DNA from: Octopus vulgaris
Lineage: Eukaryota
Assembly (NCBI GenBank): GCA_951406725.2
Contig: OX597839.1
Coordinates: 33,356,001 to 33,420,000, forward strand
DNA: 64,000 bases
Direction: 5' to 3'
Notes under the pieces: generated by a model
The model's database searches: none
What the model was told of the DNA's origin: nothing
Seen by the model: only the letters and a program-made list of their open reading frames with translations
Made by a program: the position numbers and the translations under genes
Shown: piece after piece, positions 11,980-26,800 of the stretch
Layout of the letters: each line of letters opens with the position of its first letter
How positions within the stretch are numbered: position 1 is the first letter of the stretch

Positions 11980-14250
11980 TTTTCTACTAGAAGCACAAGA
12001 CCTCAAATTTGAGGGAAAGTCGATTACATCGACCCTAGTGTGTAACTGGTACTTATTTAATCGACCCCTAAAAGGATGAAAGGCTAAGTCGACCACGGAG
12101 GAATTTCAGCTCAGAACGTAGCGACAGACTGTTACTTAATTTATCGATCCCGAAAGAATGAAAGGTAAAGTCGACCTCGGCAGAATTTGAACACTTGCCT
12201 AAATTGTCACGCAATGGGACTGAACCCGGAACCATGTGGTTAGGAAGCAAGCTTCTTACCCCGCAGCCACTGTTGAACTCCTGTTAGTGAAACCGAATTT
12301 TTTCCTTTTCTATAATCCGAGGCAACAGATCCTTGGCAGTAATTCAAGCGCTGTATGTAACCATTAAATAAATTAAGCTGGTTTACCTCTGGGAAATTCC
12401 TAACGTCTTGTAGAATGACTGCGTTCTCTGTTCCAATCTTCATAGAATTAATGTCTTGTGTTATCATGGATAAATAATTATTTAGTGCTGTTTCGTCTTC
12501 TCTTAAAACAAGTCCCATTTTCTGCGACGTGTTACGTCGTACACAACTAGTGATTTCATAAATATTTTACGTGGTCTCAGGCGGCGAGCTGGTAGAAACG
12601 TTAGCACGCTGGGCGAAATGCTAAGTTGTATTTCGTCTGTCTTTACGTCCTGAGTTCAAATTCCGCCGAGGTCAACTTTACCTTTCATCCTTTCTTTGTC
12701 GACTAAATAAGTACCAGTTACGCACTGGGTCGATGTAATCGACTTAATCCGTTTGTCTGTCCTTGTTTGTCCCCTCTGTGTTTAGCTCCTTGTGGGTAGT
12801 AAAGAAATAGGTATTTCGTCTGTCTTTATGTTCTGAGTTCAAATTCCGCCGAGGTCGACTTTGCCTTTCCTCCTTTCGGGGTCGATAAATTAATGGCGTT
12901 CCATTACTTTCTATATTCTCTAGCTCTCACAATATACTTTTCTAGGCCTGAAATGTTTGTGGGGAGGGTGCCAGTTGATTAGATGGACCCCAGTACACAA
13001 CTTGTCCTTAATTTATCGACCCCGAAACGTTGAAAGGCAAAGTCGACCTCGGCGGAACTTGAACTCGGATTGTAAAGACAGATGAAATGCCACTAAACAC
13101 ATTGCCCGGCGTGTTAACGTGTCTGCTAGCTCACTGCCTGAGAATGCATTAAATATTTTTTTCTACTCTAGGCACAAGGCTCGGGAGGGAAGGCCAGTCG
13201 ATTAGGTCGACTCCAGTACGCAACTGGTACTTTATTTATCGACCCCAAAAGGGTGAAAGGCAAAGCCGACCTCGGTGGAATTTGAACTCGGATTGTAAAG
13301 ACAGATGAAATGCCACTAAACATTTTGTCCGGCGTGTTAACGTGTCTGCTAGCTCACTGCCTGAGAATGCATTAAATATTTTTTTCTACTCTAGGCACAA
13401 GGCTCGGGAGGGAAGGCCAGTCGATTAGGTCGACTCCAGTACGCAACTGGTACTTAATTTATCGAACCCCAAAAGGGTGAAAGGCAAAGCCGACCTCGAC
13501 GGAATTTGAACTCAAAACGTAAAGGCAGACGAAATACCACGAAGCATTTAGCCCGGCGCGCTAACGTTTCTGCCAGCTCGCTGCCTTTCATTTGCTAATA
13601 GTGTTCTATTATAAACAGAAAGCCTGAAATTTGGAATGGAGGAGGGATTGTCAATTACATCGGCATTGGCACTTACTTTATCGACCCCGAAAGGATAAAA
13701 GGTAAAGCCGACCTTGATGGAATTTGAACTCAGAACCTAAAACGCTGCAAGAAATACCACTAAACAGTTTAGCTCCCGCTTTTAATTTTGAACTCAGAAC
13801 GTTTAGACGGACGACATACAGCCGAGAATTCTCTTAGTTCCTCGCCTTTCATCCTCTAATAGTATTCTTTCTATTATATGCACAAGGCCTGAAATTTTGA
13901 GGGGAAGGGGCCTCGTCAATTACATCGACCCCTGGTACTTATTATTTAATCAACCCCGAAAAGATGGAATCCAAAGTTGACCTCAGCGGGATTTGAACTC
14001 AGAACGTCTAGACGGACGACATACAACCAAACATTCTCTTAGTTCCTCGCCTTTCATTCTCTATTGGTATTCTTTCTATTATATGCACAAGGCCGGGAAT
14101 TTTGAGAGGAAGAGAGCTCAGCTGGTGATTATTTTACCGACCTCGAAAAGGTGAAAGTCAAAGTCGATCTCGGCGGGATTTGAACTCCGAATGACAAACG
14201 AGATACCGCTGGGCATCATTGCCGGCGTGAAAACTGTTTTGTCAGCTCTA
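11980..14250. mobile_element. Cluster of about 10 SINE C units with local tandem duplications, plus a SINE B fragment
   Basis: Plus-strand dimer 12579-12892; minus-strand units 12935-14250, including a 223-bp duplication (13061 vs 13284) and a 205-bp duplication (13790 vs 13995). Confidence 0.85.
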
Positions 14251-14264
14251 ATAATATTCACCAT

Positions 14265-14660
14265 GTGGAGGCGCAATGGCCCAGTGGTTAGGGCAGCGGA
14301 CTCGCGGTCGTGGGATCGCGGTTTCGATTCCCAGACCGGGTGTTGTGAGTGTTTATTGAGCGAAAACACCTAAAGCTCCACGGGGCCCCGGCAGGGGATG
14401 GTGGTGATCCCTGTTGTACTCTTTCACCACAACTTTCTCTCACTCTTACTTCCTGTTTCTGTTGTACCTGTATTTCAAAGGGGCCGGCCTTGTCACTCTC
14501 TGTGTCACGCTGAATATCCCCGAGAACTACGTTAAGGGTACACGTGTCTGTGGAGTGCTCAGCCACTACACGTTAATTTCACGAGCAGGCTGTTCCGTTG
14601 ATTCGGATCAACCGGAACCCTCGTCGTCGTAACCGACGGAGTGCTTCTTCCCCCCCCCCC
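14265..14660 (+). mobile_element. SINE family A, tail type 1
   Basis: Near-identical to 8210-8598; TSD aatattcaccat. Confidence 0.92.
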
Positions 14661-15231
14661 AATATTCACCATAATTGTCATTCTCTAATAATATTCATAT
14701 TAATTGTATGACAAACGCCAAAGTTTCACAATTCTTACGTGAATGCTACAAAAGCGACCATTGTCCTCAGATCTTCGAATAACGTTGCTTCAGGGAAGGT
14801 ATAAGGCTCTCATATAGAACCGGTCCTGGTTTCGTGAGTAAGCCAAGTGGCTCCGTCTAACGGAGTAATCAATATTTTCCATCTCAAAAATGTGGTGCAG
14901 CATGGTGGTCAGTTATGGAAAGGAAGATAATCGTTTCTAGATAAATCTTGGCAGGAATGGATTTGAAGACTGGAGATTAAACCGAAGATGCGAAGAATAT
15001 GCATCTTTTAGTTTTTTAATCTTTTGTTTCAGCCATTGGACTGCGGCCATGCTGTAGCAGCATCGAACAAATCAACACTAACGCTTATTTATTTATTTTT
15101 TTGAGGGTCTTGTATTTATTTTATTGCCCCTTTTGCCGAACCGCTAGAGTACAAGTACGTTGACAAACCAACACCGTTGGTAAATTGTTGGTGAGTACAG
15201 TGCCAAACACACACACACATGCGTATGCACG

Positions 15232-15290
<59 letters not shown>

Positions 15291-15294
<4 letters not shown>

Positions 15295-15677
15295 ATACTA
15301 AGTAATTAAGGGTTTAGCAACGATTTGCCTCACCACACACCGGATTTAGAAATAGCAGTCAAAGAGTTATGGCTATTCTTTCTACTTAAAAGAGAGATCT
15401 CAGTAAAACCACAGCACTTAAAAGGCAAACAACGCAGGCAAAAGAGAAAGAAATGACGATAATCATTCTACATTAAGTCACCTACGGACGTACGCTTCGG
15501 AATTAAGCCATAGGAAAGCATAAAAATTAAATAAAATATGTCTTACCCAACTATTTTCCTCCTCAGCGTAGGACTCTACAATTATAAATAATTGCGTCTC
15601 AATCATTAATAATTGTGTATTAAATTTGAAGGCACTAGAAGACATCACCTCAACTCATGGTATCAGAGCGAGCGTAA

Positions 15678-15682
<5 letters not shown>
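15291..15682 (-). mobile_element. Penelope-like short element in (TA)n, copy 1
   Basis: About 365 bp shared with 23485-23852; (TA)n on both sides; carries a hammerhead motif. Confidence 0.75.
15481..15572 (-). ncRNA. Type I hammerhead ribozyme motif (GAAG variant)
   Basis: cctacg-CTGAGGA-ggaa[long loop]ttcc-GAAG-cgtacg-TC-cgtagg: perfect stem I, 4-bp stem II, palindromic stem III, GUC cleavage triplet. Confidence 0.75.
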
Positions 15683-15743
<61 letters not shown>

Positions 15744-16264
15744 TTCGTACACAGTGTGTCATACCCGAACGTTTGGCACAACACCTGAAATGAAAGCCGT
15801 TGCTATTTCTAACCGGTCCCTGTATGTGCTTACCTGTTTTTCCTACATGTTTATGCTGACCTGTTTTCCTACATGTTTGTGCGTATGTATATGCAGGTCG
15901 AGAAATCCTTGTGTGTGCTTATCACTGTATGTATATATATGTATATGATGTGTGAATGTGATGAGAGTGAGAGAGAGAGAGAGAAAGAAAGAGAAAGAGA
16001 GACATATGGAGGAACGGTGTTGTTTGTAATTTTTGTATGTGGCAAAGGGTACCTGGAATCAATAGTAATTGAACAGCAATGAGAAATCGATGGAAGTTAA
16101 TTGACAAGCTGTGTGCTAATAACGAACCTTCACCGTAATGAAAAGCAAAAGAAATGTAATTATGTCTCGATGTTTTGAAGTTTATTAGTCGAAATGGTTT
16201 ACTACTGCTACGCCATTCTTTCAATTTAGTGTCAGAGTTTGTTGCGGTTTAAAATATCGGTCAA

Positions 16265-17070
16265 AAATTTTGGCACAAGGCCAGAGGGCTTGAAGAGGGG
16301 CTGAGACGATTAAAGCGATCCCATCGTCCAATTGGTACTTAATTTATTGACCCCCAGAAAGGATGAAAGGGGCAGAGTCGAATCGGCAGAATTTGAACTC
16401 AAAACGTAAAGACGGCGTGCTAACGATTCCGCTAGTTTGCTGTTTTAATCATGTTGAAATATTGATTTCAAATTTTAGCACAAGGCCAGCAATCTTTTTT
16501 GGTGGGGTGTGGGGTGGATAATTCGATTACAACGACCCTAGTGTTCAACTGGTATTTATTTTATCGACCGCGAAAAGATGAAAGGTAAAGTCGAACTCGG
16601 CGGAATTTGAACTCAGGACGTGAAGACGGATGAAATACAATAATTATAATGGTTTCGAATTTTGGCTCAAGACCAACACGTTCAGGGGGTAGGGTTAAGT
16701 CGATTACAATCAACCCCCCGTGTTTAATTGGTATTTAATTTAATGACTCCAAAAAGATGAAAGCCAAAAATCGACCTCGGCGGAACTTGAACTCTGAACG
16801 TAGCGACGGACGAAACGCCGCAAGGGATTTTACCCGACGAGCTAACGATTCCGCCAGTTCGCCACTTTTGTTCATAATATACTGACTGGAAAGGCGGCGA
16901 GCTGGCAGAAACGTTAGCACGCCGTCCTGAGTTCAAATTCCACCGAGGCCGATTTTGCGTTTCATCCTTTCGGGGTCGAAAATTTAAGCACTAGTTGCGT
17001 ACTGGGGTCGATCTAATCGACTGGCCCCTTCCCCACCAAATTTCGGGTCTTGTGCCTGGAGTAGAAAATA
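16265..17070. mobile_element. SINE C cluster (three minus units, one plus unit)
   Basis: Repeated gaatttgaactc / ggatgaaagg motifs; plus copy 16891-17070. Confidence 0.8.
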
Positions 17071-17167
17071 AATGTATACTTTAGTGGCTAGATTTAAATA
17101 AATAATGAAACCATATATATCACTGAAGCAAGAAGTTGGTAAGATGTATCATAAAAAAACGATAAAC

Positions 17168-17483
17168 TTCACCCTTTTCAAGCCTAGCCAGGTTCATGGG
17201 CCCGGTTTCCCGGTTTCTGTGGCGTATGTGCCCCCCTCCTCCAGCTGGACGGGACGCCAGTCCATCGCAGCGTTACTCAAGAAACAGGAAGAGAGAATGA
17301 GAGAAAGTTGTGGCGAAAGAGTACAACAGGGGTCGCCGCCCCACCCCACCCCAGCCGGAGCCTCGTGGAGCTTTTAGGTGTTTTCGCTCAATAAACACAC
17401 ACAACGCCCAGTCTGGGAATCGAAACCGCGATCCTCCGACCGCGAGTCTGCTGCCCTAACCACTGGGGCCATTGCGCCTCCAC
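17168..17483 (-). mobile_element. SINE family A, tail type 3
   Basis: Family A head; tail gcgatggactggcgtcccgtccag...gaaaccgggcccatgaacctggctaggcttgaaaagg. Confidence 0.85.
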
Positions 17484-18028
17484 AAGATGCACCATGCTTT
17501 CACAAATTGTTTTAGGTGCCTGCGTAGTCATGGGCAAATCCTCTCTTAGCTCTCCAACCACTTGACTCAGCATAACATCGGCTGAAAATATTGACGAGAC
17601 ATGTTAGAAGATTATTGTTTTGGAATTGGAAGAAAAATATTTTTTTCCCCCACCATTCGTAAGCGATAATGAATGTTATTGAATAAACGGTCCTTCGTGA
17701 ACTGAATCTCATAAAATTAAATGAAGGACCGAAACGAAGTGTTAGAGAAAAAAATGGGAAAAAGTTTGACGGTAGAAAATGAATTATATGATTGTTGTTG
17801 TTGCTGTTGCTGTTGTCGAGAGCTTTTCCGATCCGAAAAGTGATTCCACCCACTTCAACTCCCTTTATTTCGCCTTCTTCTAAAATGGTCTCTCAGGTAA
17901 CTATGGAGACTAAGAAATATTTGAAACATTTGGTGACTCTCCCCGGACAGGATCGTCCAGAGTTTTTCACCGACTCAAGAAAACGAAATTTACTACTCAG
18001 GATTTGCTATTTAGTGTTTCTGTATGTA

Positions 18029-18066
18029 TCTTTCTGTTGAAGAGCGTAGGCTCGAAACGTAAAAGA
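18029..18066 (+). ncRNA. Minimal type I hammerhead motif (A6U core variant) in a Penelope-like fragment (18029-18155)
   Basis: tcttt-CTGTTGA-a-gagc[gtag]gctc-GAAA-cg-TA-aaaga. Confidence 0.6.
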
Positions 18067-18199
18067 CTTGTTCTATTTCTTTTCCTGAGTGCCATACTAA
18101 TACAATTGTTTGTTTGTACTCCACCTGCCTTCGTCTTTTGTTTATTTTCGTAACCTTAGAATACATTGTAAATATTCAAAGAACCTTCATGGTTTGGTG

Positions 18200-18400
18200 A
18201 TCTGACTAAATTTCTCTTTATCGTCTGCCGTCTTTGGTTCTCCACGCTTTTCAGTCAAACTTTTAGAATTCGAATCCAACATGGCAGATATTCTTCCGTT
18301 GCTTTCTATCTTCTGCGACAGACTGGAACTCAGTTGCTTGGATGCCGCAGAGTGTGAAGTTCCCCTTTAAGGCGTCTATGAATCTCGAATCAACGTGTAA
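18200..18400 (-). pseudogene. Decayed RTE-clade LINE C-terminus
   Basis: Minus translation RFIDALKGNFTLCGIQATEFQSVAEDRKQRKNICHVG resembles the RTE motif (D.LK....CGI....W...A.DR..WR). Confidence 0.5.
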
Positions 18401-19309
18401 ACTCAAGAAAACGAAATTTACTACTCAGATGTTGCTATTTAGTGTTTCATGCATCTTTTATATACATTCGCTCTCTCTGGTAAAATTTGGTGAATATGAA
18501 CGAAACAGTGTGTCTGCGACGCACTAACGAGGCCGATTCTAAATCAAGGCGGGTCACGTATTTACTGGGTAAGAATTTGGAACGTCGGCTGTTGATTTTC
18601 GGGCATTTTAAAATTACTCGAAAATTTTCTTCAGTGACGGTAGCTAGGTAAGAGATCTAATGTTCGGTTGAGTGAAACCAATGGCTGTACCTTAAGAGAA
18701 TCAGGAAGCAGAAGGTGACCTGGTTTAATGTACCGTTCACTATAAATGTAGCCAGTAATATGTCTAGATACTTTCTATAGACATCTGTATGTGTGTATGT
18801 ATGTATGTATGTATATATGTGTGTGTGCGTGCACATGTGAATGTACCTCTAATTTTACTCTCTCTCTCTCTCTCTCACACATATTATTTTATTAAAACTT
18901 GGCGTTTATATGTGTTTGATACTATTATTGCTGTTATTTTGTATTCCCAAGTTATTTAACCCTAATAACATTAAAGTCAGTTATTACTGCAGTCATTTTG
19001 TGGCACAATTGTCAAAGATATACAGACCACCGAATCGACCTTCAGAGTGTGCTTCATCCTACATTCTATTCTATCGGTGTCTATTTATCGAATTGCTAAG
19101 GCTTGTACTTTCGACGTAAAATGATTTAACTCGTAGCACCGATTTACACTGATATACACAGACAAATTCGAGAGCAACGCTGAGGATTTCTTTATCACAA
19201 GGCTTTGCCTCTGCGCGTCTGTAGGCTTCCAATGCTTTCAGTTCCTGACGTTTCCACTCAATTTTCAATATACGCCACCAAACAGCACATCTGTACATAT
19301 ATATACACA

Positions 19310-20041
19310 GCCTTACACATACATACATACATACATACATACATACATACATACATACATACATACATACATACATACATACATACATACATACTTACAT
19401 ACATAAATACATACATACATACATATATACATACATACAAACCTACATACATACATATATGCATACATACATATACACATACATAAGTACATACTTACGT
19501 ACAGCCAACACATACGCACAGATGCATAGATATATATACGTACATAGATACATACACGCACTCAAACACACACACATATACACATACGCGCACGCATACA
19601 TACATAATACGTACACAAATACACTTAGCCAAAAAGACAGCTACACACATAAACACATACACAGTCACACAGACATAAACATATACACATACATACATAC
19701 ATACATACATACATACATACATACATACATACATACACACAAACACATTCAGCTACATAAACAGCCCAGCACACACACATACATTCCAGCGTGCGCACAC
19801 AGATTCAGTCACACAGACATACATATATATACATATATACATACGTTCACACACACAAACAAACACACACTCAGTCACATAGACATACACATATATACAT
19901 GCATACATATATACATGCACACACACACACACACATACAGCCCAGCGTGCACACAAACGCACCCTCAGTCACACAGACATACACATATACACATGAATAC
20001 ATACATGCACACACACACACAGACACACACATATGTACATA

Positions 20042-20072
<31 letters not shown>

Positions 20073-20094
20073 ACACACAAACACACTGTCAGCC

Positions 20095-20146
<52 letters not shown>
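19310..20146. repeat. (TACA)n/(CA)n compound microsatellite
   Basis: Direct inspection. Confidence 0.95.
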
Positions 20147-20148
<2 letters not shown>

Positions 20149-20494
20149 GTATAAACTCACTCACTTACGCACACACACACGCTCAGCCTCACGCACAAAT
20201 TGTCCCAATATGATTTTTTTTTTCCTGAATGGTGTCACCACAAACAAAATTGCATATTTAAATACTGGACCTATTTTAATATCTGAACCAAATGAAAAAC
20301 GACCGAATATCGCTGCCGTTCTGATTATGCGTCTCCAGGCTTTCATATTTCTTTCGCGACGAAACACGCAACTCGTGTCTTTGCATAGATTTACATCCTA
20401 ATATTTCTTTCCAGCTCCGTTTCGTCCTCTTCTTCTTTTCTTTTTCTATTAAATATATGTATATTTTCTACAGAAATTAATTAAGAACCTCCGC

Positions 20495-20554
<60 letters not shown>

Positions 20555-20783
20555 TTACTATGAAGACGACAGCGATGAACCATGACTACCAATACTACTT
20601 ACGATCACCATCACCACCCCCAACACCACCCCCAACACCACCACCACCACTACCACCATTACTACTACTACTACTACTACTACTATAAGTATCATCATAT
20701 ACGTCACCACCGCCACCCTCACTACCCTCACCACAGCCACCTTCCCCACCATTACGACCGCCACCCCACCCCCATCACCACCA

Positions 20784-20822
<39 letters not shown>

Positions 20823-20851
20823 CACCACCGTCACTACTGCTGCTGCTGCTG

Positions 20852-20893
<42 letters not shown>

Positions 20894-20918
20894 TTACTAC
20901 TGCTGCTGCTGCTGTTGC
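20495..20918. repeat. (CTA)n/(CAC)n/(CTG)n trinucleotide block
   Basis: Direct inspection. Confidence 0.95.
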
Positions 20919-21049
20919 TAGGTATCTTTGGTAGGTATTTCTTTGGGGGTTGTAATTTCAATAAGAGCAAGTCAGGGAGCAAGCAGAAAGGGCAATGACT
21001 TCTTCGCAATGCATTAAGCTTAGAGAAGGGCGTCATTGATAACAGGGAT

Positions 21050-21254
21050 TCCAGGTTCTGCCACAAGGCCATAATTTCACGGGAAGGAGGTCAGTCGATT
21101 ATACAGCCCCCAATACTCAACTAGTACTTAATTTAGTGACCTTGAAAGGGAAAATCGACCTCGCCGGGATTTGAACTCAGAACGTAAAGTCGGGCGAAGT
21201 GCCGCTTAATATTTCACCCAGGCAGGCTGCTAACGATTCTGCCAGATCGCTGCC

Positions 21255-21258
<4 letters not shown>
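21050..21258 (-). mobile_element. SINE family C
   Basis: Reverse-complement head ...ctgccagatcgctgcctt adjoining (AAT)n. Confidence 0.8.
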
Positions 21259-21327
<69 letters not shown>

Positions 21328-21329
<2 letters not shown>

Positions 21330-21374
21330 TTTTACCCCAGTGTCACTTTGATGGCATGCACTGCTCTCTCACTC

Positions 21375-21375
<1 letters not shown>
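21328..21375 (+). mobile_element. 5'-truncated copy of the 540-bp TAA-targeting element
   Basis: tattttaccccagtgtcactttgatggcatgcactgctctctcactc matches the reverse complement of 29510-29556; inside (AAT)n. Confidence 0.8.
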
Positions 21376-21409
<34 letters not shown>

Positions 21410-21415
21410 TAATAA

Positions 21416-21712
21416 TCACGTGATCACGTGACCGACCAGACCATCAGATGTTGCTACACATCGCTGGTCACAATGCGTTCGCATTGTTTTAGCCTTCGAA
21501 CGACGCCACCCCGCTGGCTAAGCAAGCAGGCCAACAGAAGAAAGAGTGGTGAAAGAGTACAGCAGGGATCACCACCACCCTCTGCCGGAGCGTCGTGGAG
21601 CTTTTAGGTGTTTTCGCTCAATAAACACACACAACGCCTGGTCTGGGAATCGAAACCGCGATCCTATGACCGCAAGTCCGCTGCCCTAACCACTGGGCCA
21701 TTGCACCTCCAC
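21416..21712 (-). mobile_element. SINE family A, tail type 2
   Basis: Same structure as 136-437; tail ends tcacgtgatcacgtga. Confidence 0.85.
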
Positions 21713-21775
21713 AACAACAATAATATTAATAATAATAATAATAATGATAATAATAATGATAATAATAATAATAGT

Positions 21776-22330
21776 GATTTCATTTATTTGCCACAAGGGC
21801 GAAGGATGAAGGGGGCAATACAGAGGTGGATATAAAGTAGGGGTTTACATATAATAATGAAATGATAAAAAAAGGGGTAAATATACACGGTGTACACTGG
21901 AAAAGAAGGGACAAATGCATAGCATACAAAGGTAAAAATAAAAACAGAATGGCGGGTGGGGGTTGATAGAGATGTGGCCCTCCTGACACAGGAACGGATC
22001 TACGGATAATCGAGGTACCCCACGGTCTGGGATTTCTCTGAAATCCTATGAGCAAGTACCCTCTCCAACTCCTTCTCTCCGACCCAAAGGTCTGCACTTA
22101 GGGAGGTGCGATCCACTCTGGCCATTCTCGCAACTTTCACTTTCAAAGTGAAACTTGATAATAAAATTGTTGGAATACGACCGCACCCATTCAAGTACGT
22201 ATTGAGAATATAAATGGAAGCCACTAGAATGTTGCATGGCATGGCCTTTGAGCTGGGCAATGCTCTGCACAGGACATTGCTCTTTCTTTAATATGCATGT
22301 GAGCAGCCGTCGCCGCCGCCAGATTGAAAA
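21776..22330 (-). mobile_element. Probable decayed L1/Tx1-like LINE 3' end
   Basis: Minus strand VARMARVD-like C-terminus followed by a pyrimidine-rich 3' UTR ending gcaaataaatgaaatc; assignment from recollection only. Confidence 0.4.
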
Positions 22331-22332
22331 GC

Positions 22333-24104
<1,772 letters not shown>

Positions 24105-24241
24105 GGAGATGTACTCGCATAGCAAGTAATTTGATCTGAGCTCGTGTGCTGAAACGAAAACAATTGCAGCGTGGAAGGTGTTTATAAGCCATTTAAGAAA
24201 CACACAAAAGCCGTTCGATTCACTTCAACATTTAAGTTTAA

Positions 24242-24291
24242 TTTGTCAAAATATTTTCGTCGCTAAAATCCGCGACCTGTTCACTGACAAA
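24242..24291 (-). ncRNA. Candidate hammerhead ribozyme with G3-C8 covariant core, in a (TA)n-adjacent element (24103-24303)
   Basis: tttgtca-GTGAACA-g-gtcgc[ggatttta]gcgac-GAAA-atat-TT-tgacaaa: 7-bp stem I, 5-bp stem II, palindromic stem III. Confidence 0.6.
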
Positions 24292-24304
24292 AATCCGTGC
24301 TGCA

Positions 24305-24851
24305 TCTCCCCTCTATGTTTAGCCCCTTGTGGGTAGTAAAGAAATAGGTATTTCGACTGCCGCTACGTTCTGAGTTCAAATTCCGCCGAGGTCGACTTTG
24401 CCTTTCATCCTTTTGGGGTCGATAAATTAAGTACCAGTTAAGCACTGGGGTCGATGTAATCGACTTAATACCTATGTCTGTCCTTGCGTGTCCCCTCTAT
24501 GTTTAGCCCCTTGTGGGTAATAAAGAAATAGGTACTTAATTTATCGATCCCGAAAGGATGAAAGGCAAAGTCGACCTCGGCGGAATTTGAACTCCGAACG
24601 TAGCGGCAGGCGAAATACCGATTTCTTTACTACCAACAAGGGCTAAACACAGAGAGGACAAACGAGGACAGACATAGGGATTAAGTCAATTACATCGACT
24701 CCAGTGCGTAACTGGTACTTATATAATCAACCCCGAAAGGATGAAAGGCAAAGTCGACCTCGGCGGAATTTGAACTCACAACGTAACGGCAGACGAAATA
24801 CCTCTAAGCATTTCGTCCGGCGTGCTAACGTTTCTGCCAGCTCACCGCCTT
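24305..24851. mobile_element. SINE C multimers in inverted (plus then minus) arrangement
   Basis: Plus units 24305-24533 switch at ggta to minus units 24530-24851. Confidence 0.85.
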
Positions 24852-25351
24852 GGTCGAGTTTTACTAATGTCGGCGACAAATTTCCATCGATCTAGAGACG
24901 AGATAAATTTTCATTACAGAACTCCGTTGTCTCTTTTTCCTCACCAAACTCCTCATTTCCCGTGTTTCTTTACGATCAAACACACTAATAGTTTATCTTC
25001 TCTTACAACACTCAACAATTACAATGCTATTTTTTTGCTTTTTCTCTTAAATATTTTGCGGTTACATTTATCGACGCCATGGCGTTTTCGCCATAAATCT
25101 CAACTCATCTTGTCCGAGTCTTGTTTTACGTTCAATTATATCGCTAACTGGTTTCTTTGTTGAAATCTTCTCCGCCAAAGCTACGATGCTATTTCTTATA
25201 ATTACCTTCATGTATTATTCTGTATTTCCAATGTAAACGACGGCCTCTGCTGTCCACCATCTTGTGTGATTCCTGTGTTTCTACCTTTTCCTATTCTTTT
25301 TTTGTCTGATGTTTTCATTTCTTCTGGAAACTGAGGTTAGAAAATGGTCTC

Positions 25352-25470
25352 TCTCTCTCTCTTCCTCACCTTCTCTCTCTTCCTCACCTTCTCTCTCTTC
25401 CTCACCTTCTCTCTCTTCCTCACCTTCTCTCTCTTCCTCACCTTCTCTCTCTTCCTCACCTTCTCTCTCT
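25352..25470. repeat. 18-bp minisatellite (ttctctctcttcctcacc), about 6 copies, followed by (CTA/CTG/CCA)n to 25980
   Basis: Direct inspection. Confidence 0.9.
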
Positions 25471-25596
25471 TATTAATTATTTCTTTTCTCTTACTACTAC
25501 TACTACTACTACTATTACTACTACTACTACTACTACTATTACAATTTCTACTGCTGCTGATGTTGCTACTACTGCTGCTACTCCTCCTCCTCCTAT

Positions 25597-25645
<49 letters not shown>

Positions 25646-25896
25646 GCTGCTGCCGCTGCTGCCGCTGCTGAGGCTGCTGCCGCTGCTGCCGCTGCTGCCG
25701 CTGCTGCCGCTGCTGCTGCTATTATTACTACTATCGCTACTATTTCTATTTCTACTGCTGCCGGTACTGCTGCTGATGCTGCTGTGGTGTTACTGGTGAT
25801 GCTGCTGGTGGTGGTGTTACTACTACTACTACTGCTGCTGTTTCTACTACTACTGCTGCTGGTGGTGGTGTTACTACTACTACCACCACCACCACC

Positions 25897-25942
<46 letters not shown>

Positions 25943-26413
25943 GTATTACCACCACCACCACCACCACCACCACCACTATTGGTGCTACTGTTGTTATTTG
26001 TTGTGTTCTGTTATTTCCGGTTTAATTAAGCTTTCCAACGAACCACAACTCAAGGTCTTGTTTGAGGACTATTTTGTACCTTTTGTAAAAAAAAAAAACA
26101 AAATGGTTTTTCTGGACCTTCCCATCTGGTTCTCCATTGTATCGAACACGCACCGGACAATTCCTACTGATCCTAGCTGACATTTAATTTAATTTTTTTA
26201 TTTTTGCGCTGCACCTATTCATGGGTTGAAATCAAGTTGTTCAAAGTTTGTTCTCAGATATTTTGCCACTATTCTCAAGGTTCCAGTAATAATTGACCGT
26301 CTCGTTATCTCGTTAACTTCCCTGTTCCAGCACTTGAGGTTTTCATACTTTTAGTGGATACACTGCGCTAAGCTATCCTTTTACTTACTTTTTCTTTTGC
26401 TTTGGTATCAAAT

Positions 26414-26800
26414 GTGGAGGCGCAATGGCCCAGTGGTTAGGGCAGCGGACTCGCGGTTGTAGGATCGCGGTTTCGATTCCCAGACCGGGCGTTGTGAGTG
26501 TTTATTGAGCGAAAACACCTAAAGCTCCACGAGGCTCCGGCAGGGGGTGGTGGCGATCCCTGCTGTACTCTTTCACCACAACTTTCTCTCACTCTTACTT
26601 CCTGTTTCTGTTGTACCTGTATTTCAAAGGGCCGGTCTTGTCACTCTCTGTGTCACGCTGAATATCCCCGAGAACTACGTTAAGGGTACACGTGTCTGTG
26701 GAGTGCTCAGCCACTTACACGTTAATTTCACGAGCAGGCTGTTCCGTTGATTCGGATCAACCGGAACCCTCATCGTCGTAACCGACGGAGTGCTTCCAGC
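26414..26800 (+). mobile_element. SINE family A, tail type 1
   Basis: Full length; TSD tggtatcaaat. Confidence 0.92.
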
